Assembly: GCA_951406725.2 (NCBI GenBank)
Contig: OX597814.1
Coordinates: forward strand, 169,156,001-169,404,000
Reading direction: 5' to 3'
Source: Octopus vulgaris
Taxonomy: Eukaryota
Length of the DNA: 248,000 nt
The notes under the pieces were generated by a model. That model had not been told where the DNA came from. It made no database searches and was given only the letters and a program-made list of their open reading frames with translations. The position numbers and the translations under genes were made by a program. How positions within the stretch are numbered: position 1 is the stretch's first letter; each line of letters opens with the position of its first letter. This document shows, in pieces, positions 175,891 to 191,463 of the stretch.

Positions 175891-176485
175891 TGAACAAATG
175901 AATGGAAGTAACACTAAGCACGTAGTTGGAGTTGTATTTATTGAGTAACAAGTGGATTTAGCTCCTCATGTTTCTTAAAGTTTCATTGCCATGAAAGGAT
176001 GTCCATCTCTCATTTTCAACAATCACCATACACTTGTGACTCAGTGACATTAACATTCCACCTGCTTTAAGTTGTGAGGTGTCATCATCTTCCATCTATT
176101 TTTAACCACATAGCCATACTTGACCATTTGGTTATAAACTCTCGCTCTCTCTCAGTATGTAATACAGAAACCATTTCTCACCATTTTATGTCATAAGCAC
176201 AGGTGTTGCTTATATGCTAAATACCTTGCATTGAAGACTAAGTGACACTAATATCCTGTCTGCTTTAACATATGGTGAGCTTCCTTCAAGTTGTCTGCTA
176301 TCACTAAGTCATATCACTTTTCCATTCCAACATGGTTTGAAATGATGAAATAGGAGTTAAGTTCTTTCTGTAATAAAGAAGCAAATTTGTTTTTTTCCAC
176401 TTTGCTTCTGAATGTCTGTGAAGAGGGATGCTTTATCATATCCATGAAACTCAAAGTAACAAGACAACCTGAGTCAAACTGTTAT

Positions 176486-176524
<39 letters not shown>

Positions 176525-176752
176525 TTATGTATATGTATGTAGGCATTCTTTTTTTTCTTTTACTTGTTTCAGTCAACTGACTGTGGCCATGCTGGAGCAT
176601 CCCCTTGAAGAGTTTTAGTCGAGCAAATCGACCCCTGAACTTATTCTTTGTAAGCCTAGTGCTTATTCTATTGCTCTCTTTTTGGCAAACCACTAAGTTA
176701 CAGGGGAGTAAACACACCAACATCGGTTGTCAAGTGACAGCGGGGTGACACA

Positions 176753-176797
<45 letters not shown>

Positions 176798-177849
176798 CAG
176801 GCTTCTTTCAGTTTCCATCTAATAAAATCCACTCACAAGGTTTTGGTCAGCCCAAGGCTATAGTTGAAGACATTTGCTCAAGGTACCATGCAATGGGACT
176901 GAACCCAGAGCCATGTGGTTGGGGATCAAGCTTCTTACCACACACCCATGCCTATACCTATATATAATCACCATCAACATCATTATCATCATCATCGTTT
177001 AATGTCTATTTTCCATGCTGGCATGAGTTGGACAGTTTAAGAGGAGATGACAAGCCAGAAAACTGTACCAAGCTCTTACCAAAGCTTGATGCTCTTCTCA
177101 ATGCCAATCGCTTTACAGTGAGTACTGTTTTGTCTTTACATGGTACTGGCACCTGTGAAGTCACCAAATAACTCATAAGACCCCTCAACTGAAAGTCGAG
177201 CCATACTAAAAAAAAAGGTGGATCTATCCCAAATGATGGGAGTTGAAAGTATGTTAGAGGAATAGAAACAGGTGTCTTGCTGTGGAGATGATGCATGGCT
177301 ATTCCAGTTGGAATAGGAAGGAAGATGGTGGTGAAGAGGTGTCAGGATGTCTCCTCAAGTTACAGGAAGTTGTAAGAGATGTGTCCCAGAAGATTGGACA
177401 GAGTGAATGGGTAGGTATATTTGCATGGGTATGAAAGGAGAGTGGCCGATGGATAGAGTTGGAGTATGGATAAAGTTGGAGTATGGATAGAGGAGAGTGG
177501 CAGATGGATAAAGGCAGCAAAAGCGGTGAGCTGGCAGAATCGTTAGCACGCCGGGCGAACTGCTTAGCTGTATTTCATCTGCTGTTATGTTCTGAGTTCA
177601 AATACCACCGAGGTCGACTTTGCCTTTCATCGTTTCAGGGTCGATAAATTAAGTACCAGTTACGCACTGGGGTCGATGTAATCAGCTTAATCCCTTTGTC
177701 TGTCCTTGTTTGTCCCTTCTATGTTTAGCCTCTTGTGGGCAATAAAGAAATAAGATGGATAAGGACGGCAAGCTTGGCAGAAACGTTAGCAAGCTGGGTG
177801 AAATGTTTAGCAGTATTTCATCTGCTGCCACATTCTGAGTTCAAATTCC

Positions 177850-179450
177850 ATGGTTAGATTGCTGCTTTGTACAGCAGCATCTGCTTGGTTGTTCGGGTGA
177901 ATGGTCACCTGTCAGAGCCATTCAGCATCTTGCAGTTGGTCTGTCAAGGGTGCCTTCTCTCTACCCTTCTGTATGTACTGGCTCTTGAACCATTACTGTG
178001 GAAGTTGGAGGCTTTGAGGGGTGTCCCATGTGATCTAGGATGTGGGAGAAGTGTGTCTGCTGACGCTGATGATGTCACCATCATAGTGTTGAGCCACAGG
178101 TATATAGACCTGATTGGTGAAACACATAAGGATATGGAACAGTGACAGGAAGAAAAATTAACAAGGAAAAGTCAGTGGGCTTGCATTTAAGCACCTGAAG
178201 AGGCAAGCCCATGCCATCTGACAGTGTTGTGGGGCACTGGACAGACAGTTCCGTTAAGTTGCTCGGAGTCTGGTTTAATCCAGACCTCCAGTTGGAGAAA
178301 AACTGGGATGAGGTGATGAGCAGAGTAGCCAACCTCACCCAGAAATGGGTCGAGTGGAAGCTGTCCCTGAAAGGTCAAGTGGAGGTGGTGAATGCATACA
178401 TCACATCCATCATCTATTACCACTTGACTGTCGTTCCTTGCCCTGTTTGCTGCTTGACCAAGCTGGTGCGCTTACTCTTCCGCTTTCTGTGGAAGGGGTG
178501 CATTCCACTGGTCAGGTGCTCCATATGCTGTCAACAGCCACTGCATGGTGGGCTGGGCAAGCTTGGTTACTGATGTGCAGACATGCACTATCTCTAGCGT
178601 TTCCTTGATGGTGAACAGGTGTGGTCACTGGGCACTTGGCACCTCAAGTGCTGTCAAGTGCTCACAGCTCTCTGCCAGGCAGGCAATGCGGTCAGTGGTA
178701 GTTCTACTCTAGCGTTCTATAGAAGGCTAGTGGAGGGAAAGTGCAATGACATTCTCATGGATACTCTGGGTGTTGATGAAGATAAACTAACCAGCCTGTT
178801 TCAGAGAATTTTGGGCCTGGACCTATGGATAACTTCCAGAAATCCCTTGCCTGGCAGTGCAACTGAGGGGCACTGCCTATTCGAGATAAACTTTACAGGC
178901 ATGGAAATGGCATCAGCCAGGCCTGCCCAAGGTGCGCCCAGAATGATGAAACCATTCTGCACGCCCTAGTCCAGTGCCCAAGTATTGCTGATCTGTGGGT
179001 TTATCTCGAATACCTGCTCTTGCATGTAGGACAGATCTGGCTATCAGCTGAATCCATTGTGAAGATTGCCCCACCACCCTCTTTTGACTGGGGTGGGGGC
179101 AGGCAATTTTTATTTGTGTAGTGGTTGTAGCGAAAGAGGTTGTATGGTGGACCCGTTTAAAAGGGCTAAAGACAGACACTTTCCTCTTTGGCCAAGCCCT
179201 CATCAACTTTTTCAAGTTGAGGGTGGAGAGGGAAGTATCGCCTTCTAGCAAGTTTGTTGAAAGGTGGATGAATGTTGGAAGAATGGTCAGTGTGAAAGGA
179301 CCAATTCTGAGCGTGCACCTGTATAAAAAGGGAATTAAAGAAGGGCTCTTTGTTGATCAGGCACCCATGACGTTTCTGGGTTTTTCCATGAGGACCTTAA
179401 AGTACCTCCCCTGTTGGGAGTTTCAATTTATTCTATTTTAATTGTTATTT
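177850..179450 (+). pseudogene. Diverged Tx1/L1-like RT region
   Basis: VNGHLSEPFSI..LVCQGCLLSTLLYVLALEPLL...SADADDVT; VKLLGVWF; similar piece at 239800-240600. Confidence 0.75.
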
Positions 179451-181088
179451 ATATTGTTTAATCATCATCATCATCGTTTAACGTCTGCTTTCCATGCTAG
179501 CATGGGTTGGACGATTTGACTGAGGTCTGGCAAACCAGATGGCTGCACCAGGCTCCAATCTGATCTGGCAGAGTCTCTACAGCTTGATGCCCTTCCTAAC
179601 GCCAACCACTCTGTGAGTATATGTGGAAAACCCATTGTATTGTCCTGTTTTTGTCTTTTATGCTGTTGCATGTCCTTTAATGTTATTGTATGTGAGCCCT
179701 TGTGGCTAAAAAAAGAATGAATTATTACTATTATAATAATTATTATTATTATTATTAAAAAGACAATGGATTGGCATTATTGCCTTTCTTCTTTTGGGGT
179801 GGTCAATAAAATAAGGTATCACTTTAGTACAAGGGATGATATAATCAACTCACACCCTGCCCCTAAAACTGCTGGCCTTATGCCTAAATCAGAAACTCAA
179901 AGGTGGCAGGCAAATTGGCAGAATTGTTATAGCATTGAAAAAATGCCTTGCAGTATTTCTTCCACTTATTTTACATTCTGAGTTCAAATCCTGCTGGGGT
180001 CATGTTTGCCTTTCATCCTTCCTGGGTTGATAAATAAATGTATTTCTCAAGTACTGGGATTGTTAGCCTTGAAATAACTGCCTCTCTTCACAATGACTGG
180101 CCTTAATCATAAATTACAAACATTTGTTATTGTTACAAAGTCTGTGAATGACTGAATTGGTAGTGTGTCGGTCAAAATACCATGCCATTTTTATTTAGGT
180201 GCTTACCACATTTTCCAGATGCGTGGCTTAGTAGTTAGGGTGTCAGCATCATGATCGTAAGATTGTGGTTTCGATTCCTGGACCAGGTGATGCGTTGTGT
180301 TCTTGAGCTAAACACTTCATTTCACATTGCTCCTGTCCACTCAGCTGGCAAAAATTAGTAACGCTGCGATGGATTGGCATCCCATCCAGCTGGGGAACAC
180401 ATATGCCATCGAAACTGGGAAACCAGGGCCATGAGCCTGGCTAGGCTTTAAAAGGGTGCATTTATTTATTTATTTATATCACATTTTCCAGCATACAAGC
180501 CAAATGTTTCAGATCAAAATTTACAGTCAAAATGGTTGTTCAACTTATATATACCAAACTGAGTATGAAGGGCTAAAGATTTCATGTGAAATGCAGTAGG
180601 ATTTATAAAGATAGTGATGATGTTTAAATGTTTATACTACATGGTTATATTATACACTACATTAACTTATATGTTGGAAAATACAGTATACACTCATGAG
180701 TTCATATTGTGCTATAGTCAGTTTTGCCTTTTATCTGTCCAGTGGAGTGGGTGATAATATAAAGTACGAGTCAAGTTCTAGAGTCAATAAAATCAACTGT
180801 TCTTTCTCTGGAATATGAGACCTCGTGTCTCTGTTAGTAATCATTATATCATCATCATCATCATCATCATTATTATTGTTATTATTATTATTGTTGTTCA
180901 TATATAATAAAGAATTAATAATAATTATTATTGTCTTTTTTTATTTATTAATAATTATATATTAATACAAAAACAAATACACTTGAGAAAGAATTACAAA
181001 CAACTAATGTGTTCCTGGCAAAATGCCACAGAAATGTACAAACAATGACTGGATTCTCAGATGGAAATAAAATCAATATGTATTACAC

Positions 181089-181162
181089 CTTCCTCTGAAT
181101 ACTATAAGAATAATAATATCGGCTTGTTAGTTCAACACTCGGTGTTTGTGGAAAATTCCCAG
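181089..181162 (-). CDS. Candidate exon (xGNFPQTPSVELTSRYYYSYSIQRK)
   Basis: AAG|gtgtaa donor, acatcag acceptor, single open frame; phase-compatible with 185709-185771 and 154478. Confidence 0.22.
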
Positions 181163-181404
181163 CTGATGTTTACATAAATGAGAATGAATGAAGAAGCATA
181201 TGAAATTCTTGTGCAAATGGAAATTGTGATATTGTTTTATTCATTGAGTAAAACCGTTTTGGCTTCCTTCTACTCTGTTAATGAACGCGGAACAGCATGA
181301 ATGTCACAACTTCACATTTCCTTATTTTCTCTCTTGTGATAATAAAGAGGCAGTTATTTCCCCACCTTTATTTTTAGCGTGTGAGCAATCACGGCCTTAG
181401 TGCT

Positions 181405-181617
181405 GTTGTTGTTGTTGGTGGTGTTAAGCAACAAGACGGGTAAGGGTGATTAGGTGATGGTGTAGGGCTTAGGGGTGGGAGACCCCAGACCTTGGAAAAA
181501 TAAAACTATGGTCGTCTTGTTGCAGTCGAGGGCTCTTCGTTGACGCCCGACACCACTGGGAGGTGGCCCTCGAAGTCGCTGGAAATGGAGATCTCCTGGT
181601 CCGAATTCTTGAACGGC
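181405..181617 (-). mobile_element. Short GC-rich retroposed insert with 11-bp TSD and (CAA)n-type tail
   Basis: gccttagtgct at 181394-181404 and 181618-181628; ORF end ...FKNSDQEISISSDFEGHLPVVSGVNEEPSTATRRP*. Confidence 0.6.
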
Positions 181618-182951
181618 GCCTTAGTGCTTATTTAATAAAAGAAAAAAGGCCCTAAACAAAAGCAGTATGACATGGTTTGTTTTCATATCTGGTTTGCAAA
181701 ATTCATTATGTGAATTTGTGTGTTGAAACAAATTTTGTTGTGTCTAGGGACGGTCATTATGCCAATGTTATCAACACATGCACTGGTTGAATTTCATTCC
181801 TTTATTATTAGTCACTTGGTTAAATATCCAACTAATTGGTTGTTTTGTTTAATTTGGTTAAACAGTGAGTCATTTGTTTTGCCTTTGTTTGTCAAAGCTC
181901 TTTTGTTGCTACTTGTAACCTTTCCTAAAACAAAACAAATGATTTTCTGTTTAACCAAGTTCAATGAACAATTGATTAGTTAGTTGGATATTTAACCAAT
182001 TGACTAATAATAATAGAGTGGAATTGAACCAAAGTGTGTGTTAATAATACTGGCAACCTTGGGCAAGTTTCTTCTCTCTTTAGACTCAGCAAAATGTGGC
182101 ATAGTTGTTATTGATTAACTTCTGCTCAGCTGGTACCTGAGGAGACCTACGGTCCAATCCATTCCAGCTATGACTGTCCAGTCATGTTTATCTAGAATTA
182201 CATTTTCCAGTATAGGTGCAGGTGTAGCTGTGTGGTTAAGAAGCTCACTTTGCAACCAGGTGGTTTCAAGTTCAGTCCCACTGCACAGCACCTCAGGCAA
182301 GTTTCTTCCTTTTATGGCCCTCAGCTAACCCAATGCTTTCTGAGTGAATTTGATTCACAAAAACTGTGGAAGCTCATTCGTATACACAGACACACACACA
182401 CACACACACATATATACAATCTTTTATTCTTTTATTTGTTTCAGTCATTTGACTGCAGCCATGCTGGAGCACAACCTTTAGTCGAACAAATTAACCCTGG
182501 ACTTATTCCTCGTAAGCCTAGTACTTATTCTATCGATCACTTTTGCTGAACCGCTAAGTTACCGGGGATGTAAAGACACCAACATTGCTTGTCAAGCGAT
182601 GGTGGGGGACAAAATTTGACTGAGGACTGGCAGGACAGTAAGCTGCACTAGGCTCCAATCTGATCTGGCAATGTTTCTACAGCTGGATGCCCTTCCTAAT
182701 GCCAAGACAACCACTCCGAAAGAGTGGTGGGTACCTTTTACATGCCACTAGCATGGGAGCCAGTGAGACAGCACTGGCATCAACCATGTTCGGATGGCGC
182801 TTTTTATGTACCACTGACACAAGAGCCAGTCAAGGAGGCACTAGCATCGACCACTTTTGGATGGTGCTTATTACGTGCCACCAGCACAGGTGCCAGTCAG
182901 GTGGCACTGGTATTGGCCACAACTTTATATGTATATGTATGCGTGTGTGTG

Positions 182952-183003
<52 letters not shown>

Positions 183004-184089
183004 ATTAATTAATAAGGGTGAGAGAATTAGATACTAATTTAATAGTATATCTATTCAACACCAAGTGGCCTAGTGCTCCGAGAAACCTGGATTATTATAA
183101 TATATTATAATATTTTTACAAAATAAATATAAGAGAGTGGTCACTATATGGCTCACTCTAGCACCAGTTAATCCAAAAGGTTTCAACCACAAAAATACAT
183201 GTTTATATATATATATGTGAGTGTGTGTGTGCTTGTGTTTGTCTCCCACCACTGCTTGACAGTTGGGGGTTGTTTATTTCCCCTCTGTAACTTGGTGGCT
183301 CAGCAAAAGTGATAACTAGAGTAAGTACAAGGCTCAAAAGAAAAATAAGTACTGGGGTTGATTTGTTCAACTAAATCCCCTCAAGGTGGTGTCCCACCAT
183401 GACCACAGTTGAAAAAATGAAATGAAACTAAAAAAAGACAAAAAGATGAAAAAAAAAATGTCTTTTCTTTTTCAAGATGGTAGGATGCTCTATGAGAGGG
183501 ATTTGGCTTGCTATATCTGGCAATTCAGATGACTGCTAAGAGGTTTCCCTGTTGACTCAGAAGCAATGAATAGGTATAATCTGTAGACAGGTTACCAAAC
183601 AGATTTGCATTGTCCTCTCTTCCTACATTTAGAGTTCACATCCTACGAAGAATGGCTTGTATTTTATTTATTGATCAGGATTGATAAAGTAAGTAACTGT
183701 ACTATAATGGAATTAATATACTTGACTATATATCCCCTATTCTATCCTATTGATTTATTGATTAATGACATTTGTTTATTCACCAGGGCAGCATCTTAAA
183801 CCTCAGAAGCAATTGTATTGGACTCCATATGTGTATGTATAGAATGGTTGTATGTATGTAGAAGATTTGTATGAGTGTATATATGTGTGTATGTATACCA
183901 TATGCAGATACCACAAAAGTGAATAGACACAGTCATTTTTGAAAGGTTTATTTCTAGAAACAAAATGATATCATTTGATGGATTTAAATAGTTGATCGAG
184001 TATTTAGTAGATGTGCCTTGTGCATGTTATATTGACAAGTTTGAGGCACCAAACAGTGTCCATGTAGATAAAATGGTATACTTAGGGAA

Positions 184090-184181
184090 GTCTATTTAGT
184101 TTTGAAATGTGTGTGTAAAACATTTATATTCATACTTACACACAAACAGTGAGAGCATAATAAACACGAAATCAGTGTCCA

Positions 184182-184216
<35 letters not shown>

Positions 184217-184228
184217 TGCGGAAGAGAG

Positions 184229-184276
<48 letters not shown>

Positions 184277-184366
184277 TGTGTGTGTCTGTGTGTGTGTGTG
184301 TGTAAAACATTCATATTTGTACTTACACACAAACAGTGAGAGCATAATAAACAAGAAATCAGTGTC

Positions 184367-184397
<31 letters not shown>

Positions 184398-184640
184398 AGT
184401 GCGAAAGAGAGAGAGAGTGTGTGTGTGTGTGTGTGTGTGTGAGTGTGAAAGAGAGAGAGTGTGTGGGTGTGTGTGCGAGAGAGAGTGTGCGAGAGAGAGA
184501 GAGTGTGCGAGAGAGAGAGAGTGTGTGTGTCTGTGTCTGTGTGAGTGTGTGTGTGTGTGTGTGTGTGTAAAACATTCATATTCGTACTTACACACAAACA
184601 GTGAGATCATAAAAAACAAGAAATCAGTGGCCTCTGTGTG
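184090..184640. repeat. Compound tandem repeat: ~65-bp unique spacer alternating with (GT/GA)n, spacer present 3 times
   Basis: aaaacattcatattcgtacttacacacaaacagtgagagcataataaaca recurs at ~184115, 184303 and 184568. Confidence 0.85.
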
Positions 184641-185255
184641 TGTGTGTGTGTATGTGAATGAGTATATTGATCACTGTATCAATCAACCTACCTGCATCAT
184701 CTTCTTACACTCATACGCTCACATATGTTCATTTATTCCTCTCTGTCTCTGTGCACTAGGTATTTGATGCCAGAAGCTACTTCTGTCACTAATCCTTGCC
184801 TGTTATCAAGAAAGAGGCTTTTTATTCTAAAGAAAAGAGTTTTGAAAGTGCACAACAGCCAGAAAGTGCAGAATAGGTAATGGGTGGGTGTATATTCATA
184901 TTTCAGGATTTCATTAAATGATAATGAGGATAAAAGTACTGCTGCTGGAACCACATAAAAGTTGCCCATTACACTCTGTGGAGTGATTGGTGTTAGGAAG
185001 GGCATCCAGCTGTGGAAACCATATCAGAACAGACAACGGAATTTGATGCAGCCTATGGCCTTACCAGCTGTGGTCAAACTGTCCAACTCATGCCAGTATG
185101 GAAAACGGATGTTAGATGATGATGATAATCATTATTATTTAATGTCCATCTTCCATGCTGGCATGGGTTGGACAGTTTGACCACAGCTGGTAAGGCCATG
185201 GGCTGCACTAAGATCCATTGCATGTATGTTTGTCAGTGAGTGCATGTGAGTATGT

Positions 185256-185287
<32 letters not shown>

Positions 185288-186061
185288 GAAGGTATACATA
185301 TGGATGTGGAGACACACCCATATATTGGTTTGTTTTTGCGCTCATTTTCCGTGGTAGCATCAATACTGAGTTATTATTTTATAATCAAATGCCCTTCCTG
185401 TTGTGCTCTCTGACATGCTTTTCAAGCAAGGGATCTCTTCAAAAGCACAAAGCTACTGAATAATTTATTGACAGACGAACAACAATAAACTTCAATGCTT
185501 ACAGCTTACATATTATTTTGCATGGGAAGTACACACAATGTAAATATTCACATAGACACATACACACATATTCATATACATACTTACTAGTCAACAGAAT
185601 TTTAAAAAAAAGTTTGTTATTTCTATATTGAATCAACTTCGGAATTAATCTCAAAAATTTTTTTCCTCTTCAGTAGAAAATACAATAAGAAATAAATGAA
185701 ATACTTACATGCACCCATGGAAAAAAAGCCGAAGCAAAAGTCATGAGTACACATAAGTACCCCAGTTAAATCTAAATATAAAACCCTTTGGCTAGCCTTA
185801 GCACACGTGTGAACTGTTCTCCACTACAGCTTATAGTGGTTACCAGTCCCTATAGGGAAAAGTAATAAATCTACTACTAATATAGGATGAAGCTTTTTTA
185901 CAGAAAAAAATTTCATCAAAAAGTGGCAGCATATCAAAATACCTTTAAAAGTTAAAATTATAAACAACTTATAAACAAGGGCAAAAGAAAATTATTTCCA
186001 TGCCAATATATACTAATTTTACAGTATAAATTGATTTGCCTAATAATGGTTTTATCTCTAA

Positions 186062-186115
<54 letters not shown>

Positions 186116-186352
186116 ACAACTTATAAACAAGGGCAAAAGAAAATTATTTCCATGTCAATATGCTGATAACAGACTCTTAAATTGTCAATTTCCACATATC
186201 ATTATATACTCACTGTTGACTAGCTTCCTGATTTCAATACAACATATTTCTATAGTGAGTATATAATGATATGTGGAAATTGACAATTTAAAAGTCTGTT
186301 ATCAGCATATTGGCATGGAAATAATTTTCTTTTGCCCTTGTTTATAAGTTGT

Positions 186353-186411
<59 letters not shown>

Positions 186412-186667
186412 GTTCAAATTTACAGAAAAACAAAAGATGAAGACAGGTGTTGGAACAACAAGCAGGTGTATTGGTTTAACACTTTGGAAAAATGGAGAAG
186501 TCTTTTACATTTCCTGCTTATGCTCTTCAACAGAAAAGAATAAGAAGAAAAAATGGAGAGAGAACAACTGTGAAATTCAGCAGTCCAACATGGTGAGTTG
186601 ATTCTTTTATTCTTATATTCTTTTATATGTTTCAGCGTTGTGGCTGTGGCCATGCTGGGATAATAAA

Positions 186668-186698
<31 letters not shown>

Positions 186699-186928
186699 TG
186701 TATGTATGTATGTATGTATGTATATATATGTATATGTAGGTCCCGGGTTGAGTCGGGGTTAACCACAGTAAATAAGGTACTCAATACATAGCAGAGTAAA
186801 TTAATTTATTTTATAGAAGGAGCTTCTACAGGACTAGAACTGTTTCATTCAAAAGAAATCATCTTTTGAATGAAACAGTTCTAGTCCTGTAGAAGTTCCT
186901 TCTATAAAATAAATATATATATATATAT

Positions 186929-187311
186929 AGGTGCAGGAGTGGCTGTGTGGTAAGTAGCTTGTTTACCAACTACATGGTTCCGGGTTCAGTCCCATGTGCG
187001 GCACTTTGGGCAAGTGTCTTCTACTATAGCCTGTGAGTGGATTTGGTAGACGGAAACTGAAAGAAGCCCATCGTATATATGTATATATATATATGCGTGT
187101 GTGTGTTTATGTGTCTGTGTTTGACCCCTAGCATTGCTTGACAACCGATGCTGGTGTGTTTATGTCCCCGTTACTTAGCGGTTCGGCAAAAGAGACTGAT
187201 AGAATAAGTACTGGGCTTACAAAAGAATAAGTCCTGGGGTCGAGTTGCTCGATTAAAGGCGGTGCTCCAGCATGGCCGCAGTCAAATGACTGAAACAAGT
187301 AAAAGAGTAAA

Positions 187312-187313
<2 letters not shown>
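186929..187313 (+). mobile_element. tRNA-derived SINE family A, near-consensus copy
   Basis: A/B boxes, central (TA)(TG) linker, AAAAGAGT tail. Confidence 0.88.
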
Positions 187314-187348
<35 letters not shown>

Positions 187349-189060
187349 CTTTTAAGTGTTTAGAAATCTGATGATCATATGTCTCAAAAGTTTTTCTGAC
187401 ACATCAAATATTCATTATAATTTAAGAATTTTATCATTTCAGTGTCAGTGCATTAAGAACTACTCGATCGACTAATGTTTGCTTCATGTTTCTTTCATAT
187501 TTCTTTTGCATGGATACATCATCAGTATAGTTATTTTTTATTTTTCTATTACCCCTTTCATTTTGCTTATGCCTTTTCTGAAGATATACTTAAATATGTA
187601 TTTTTCAATTTTATTTTTGTTTATTTCGTTTTGGCTATTCAATATATAATTTACAAAAATTGCTGGGTTTTTTTTTTTTTTTTTTTTTTGTTAAATAACA
187701 CTGAAATAACAGAGAAAATGAGAAAGAAGAAATTTGAAAACAAAGTTTTTGTAAAGCTAATTTAGTACAGCTTAAATTTTCTAGTGTGTGATAATAGCAG
187801 AAAATTAGTTTTGATAGGTTTTTCAAAACTCAATATAGTATATCCAAAATGATTTGTGAAAAATCTGATTAACATTTGATTTAAAATATTTTTTTTTTCT
187901 CCTCTCATTTCTAGTGGTATTATGTTCACAATTTCTGAAATGTATTTCCTATTTCATATTATCATCAAAATCATCATCATCATTATTATTATTATTTTGC
188001 TTCAATATATTTTCTCTCCCTTCAAATAAATGACTGCCATAGAGATAATATGAGAAAGAATATATTTAATTTCAAATAATATATTTTAAGGTCCTCTCTC
188101 TCTCTCTCTCTCTCTCCTTCAACTGCTTCTTTTTGTCATCTGTCTAGTGCAATTCCTACCCTCCATTTTTTATCCATCCATTATCTTTTGTCCTTGACTT
188201 GTTTCAGTCATTTGACTGTGGCCATGCTAGGGCACTGCTTTGAGGGATTTTAGTCAAACCAAGCAACCCTATTATTATTATTATTATTATTATCATCATC
188301 ATCATCATCATCATTATTATTATTGTTTAAAAACCTGGTACTTATTCTATTAAACTCTTTTGCTGAGCTGCTAAGTTACAGGGATGTAACCACACAAAAA
188401 CAGGTTGTCAAATGATGGTGGGGGACAAATACAGACACAAAGACACACACACATAGATATAAATTCATATACATATACGATGAGCTTCTTTCAGTTTCCA
188501 CCTACCACATCCACTCACAAGGCTTTGGTTGGCCCCAGGCTATAGTAGAAAACATTTGCCCGATGTGCCACACAGTGGAACTAAACTTGGAACCTTGTAG
188601 TTGGGATACAAACTTCTTACCACACAACCATGCCAGTGCTTATATATTTATATAATCAAAAAGCATGTTCTTTGTCCATCTCCTTACCTTCTTGGAGGTT
188701 TTAGGTAAAATTATACCAAGGTGTCCAACTGTTTTAATTTAATTTAATTCTATGTATTTATGCAGCTGAGGATTGCTCTGCATTTAAATTGTTGTAATGA
188801 TTGTATTGTTCAATTAAATGGAGTCACTTGAAACGATCATACTGCATTACCTCTGGATATTCTGTTGCTTATTTTGATTTTAATCACCGTATTTTGAAAC
188901 TGTATGGATAATACCGTACTAAATTCTGGTGCCTCAACTTAAGTACCTAATTCATCTGAATCTAAATTTTTGCTTATATATATCGTCTATCTGGATGTTT
189001 TGTTGTCACATTTTTGTATCACCTAACTGTCTGGATGTTTTGCGTTCTTGTCCCATTTTG

Positions 189061-189108
<48 letters not shown>

Positions 189109-191421
189109 TAGATAGATAGATAGATAGATGGATATATAGTGGTGTACATACACTTTGGTCTCTTATATGTAAGTATACATTTTTCTAAATCTTGTACAGC
189201 TCTATTTCTGTCTATCAGCCCTTTCACGCTCCACTCTTCGTTCTTTCATTCCCCCTCTCTCACATTTCTTTGCCTTCTCTTCTTGCTCACTTTCCCTCCA
189301 CCTTTCACTTCACTGTGTCCCTGTCATTTTTTCTCGCTCCTCCTTAATTCTTCTGTCCCTCTGCCTCTACCTCTCTCTCTTCTCTTCCCACATGACCGGT
189401 GTTCAGCCAAGACTGATCTTTCTTTCTTGGTCTGGCCATTGTCCGTGCAACATTGATATTCCTCTCTGTGCCTGTAAAATCTTGTATCCCTGCGATAACA
189501 CTTTATTTCCACATATGTCAGCTTAATTTAATTCTTCCTTACTCGAAAGACACCTGTTGTTATGTCCTGCTATTATTTTTATTGTATCTGTGTAAACATT
189601 ATCTGTTTTTTTCCATCCTTGTTTTTGTATACATTCGCTGCTTTCTTCCAAGGAATCTAATGCAAACTGTCAAATTTAGCCCAAACACCATGTATATTCA
189701 TCAAAACCAGGCTAGCATGGAAAATTGGGTTTAAAAACAAATCACAATATCTTCTCTCTGCGCACCAACCACACACTTGCATACACTCAGCAGCATGGCT
189801 ACAGTCTTTGGGTTGAAATGCATAAAAAAATAATTGAATGTATATATTATTTTATTCTTCTACTTGTTTCAGTCATTTTGACACTGGCCATGCTGGAGCA
189901 CCACCTTAAAGGTTTTTTTAATTCTTTTTTTAGTCAAAGCAATTGACCCTAGGACTTATTCTTTGTAAGCCTAGTACTTATTCTACCAGTCTCTTTTGCT
190001 GAACTGCTAAGTTATGGGAATGTAAACACACCAACACTGGTTGTCAAGCAATGGTGGTAGGGACAAATGGTGGTAGGGACAAACATAGACACAAAGACAC
190101 ATACACATAAATATATGTGTGTGTGTATAAAATGAGTTTCTTTCAGTTTCTGTCTACCTGATCTACTCACAGAAATTACTTGTCCAAGGTGCCATGCAGT
190201 GGGACTGAACCTGAAACCATGTATTGAGAAATAAGCTTCTTACCATGTAGCCGTGCCTGTGCCTTTTCATAAATACACATATAGTTTATTGTTTTGTTAA
190301 GGTGAGATCAACAAAAAGATAGTCCATCTAGTATGAGATGAATATCATTTAATGTATACAGTATAAAGATATTATTTGTTTGCTATGGAATCACATGTCT
190401 AGACAGGTTTTAATACCACACCTTATGTCTCCAAGAAATCTTCAGGTCTGAGCACATGCTCTGCTCTATTTGAAAATCAGGATGTGGATACATGAGAAAC
190501 TAGAAAAGCACTCGGAGAGCGCAAACCTCCGCCAAGCAGCTCATTTCTACCCATATACACGTATGCTGAAAATCCCCCACTTTCCCAAACCAACGCCGGC
190601 AAAAACATAACTTCATTGGTGGGGTTTAAAAAAAATAACACAGCCATATAATCTTTAAAAAAAACCCTTTAAAAACAGGAATCATCTGAAGCAGTTATAA
190701 TACATCAATGACAACAGCAAGCTAGTTTCACCATACAACTAAAAAGAAACAACAATTACCTAAAACTTGAGTGATACACACACAACACAAGTAAAATTAC
190801 TAATAGAGAAAAGAAAATAAACTTTGGAAACAGCAACACCACCATAGGTTACATTGAAATGATGAACGTGTTTCCAAGGGAGATAATCAGAGAACGTAAC
190901 GTTGTAATACTTCATGTAAAGTAAATATAACAAATGAAAAATCCTTCAAGAATCCATAAAGATTTCCGGATCACTACCAAAATTTCATCATCTGTTCCTT
191001 GTGTCATTACCAATTTTTTCTGCAAGTTTCATCAAATACAGTTCACAACTTTTTGAGTTATTTTGCACAGAGACGGACAGACGGACAACCAACGCTGATG
191101 AAAACATAATCTCCTTCCTTGGTGGAGGTAATCACGAGAAAAAACTTTTATTAAAATGTTATTAAAACCTGCCTAGACACGTGATTCCACAGCAAGAAAC
191201 TGTTAGCAACTTGTAACTTTATCATGTGTACATTAAATGCAGAATAGGTAGATGTACCTACCAACACTACCATCAATTGCTGCATTCTTGTTCTTATTGC
191301 TATTATTACTAATATCACCCAATGTCTGGTCAGACAAAGGAGCGTGGTCTTATACAAAACTATGAGAGAATGTATAGGAGGAATGTATAAGAAATAGAAA
191401 GAGAGAAAAGATGGAAAAGAT

Positions 191422-191463
<42 letters not shown>

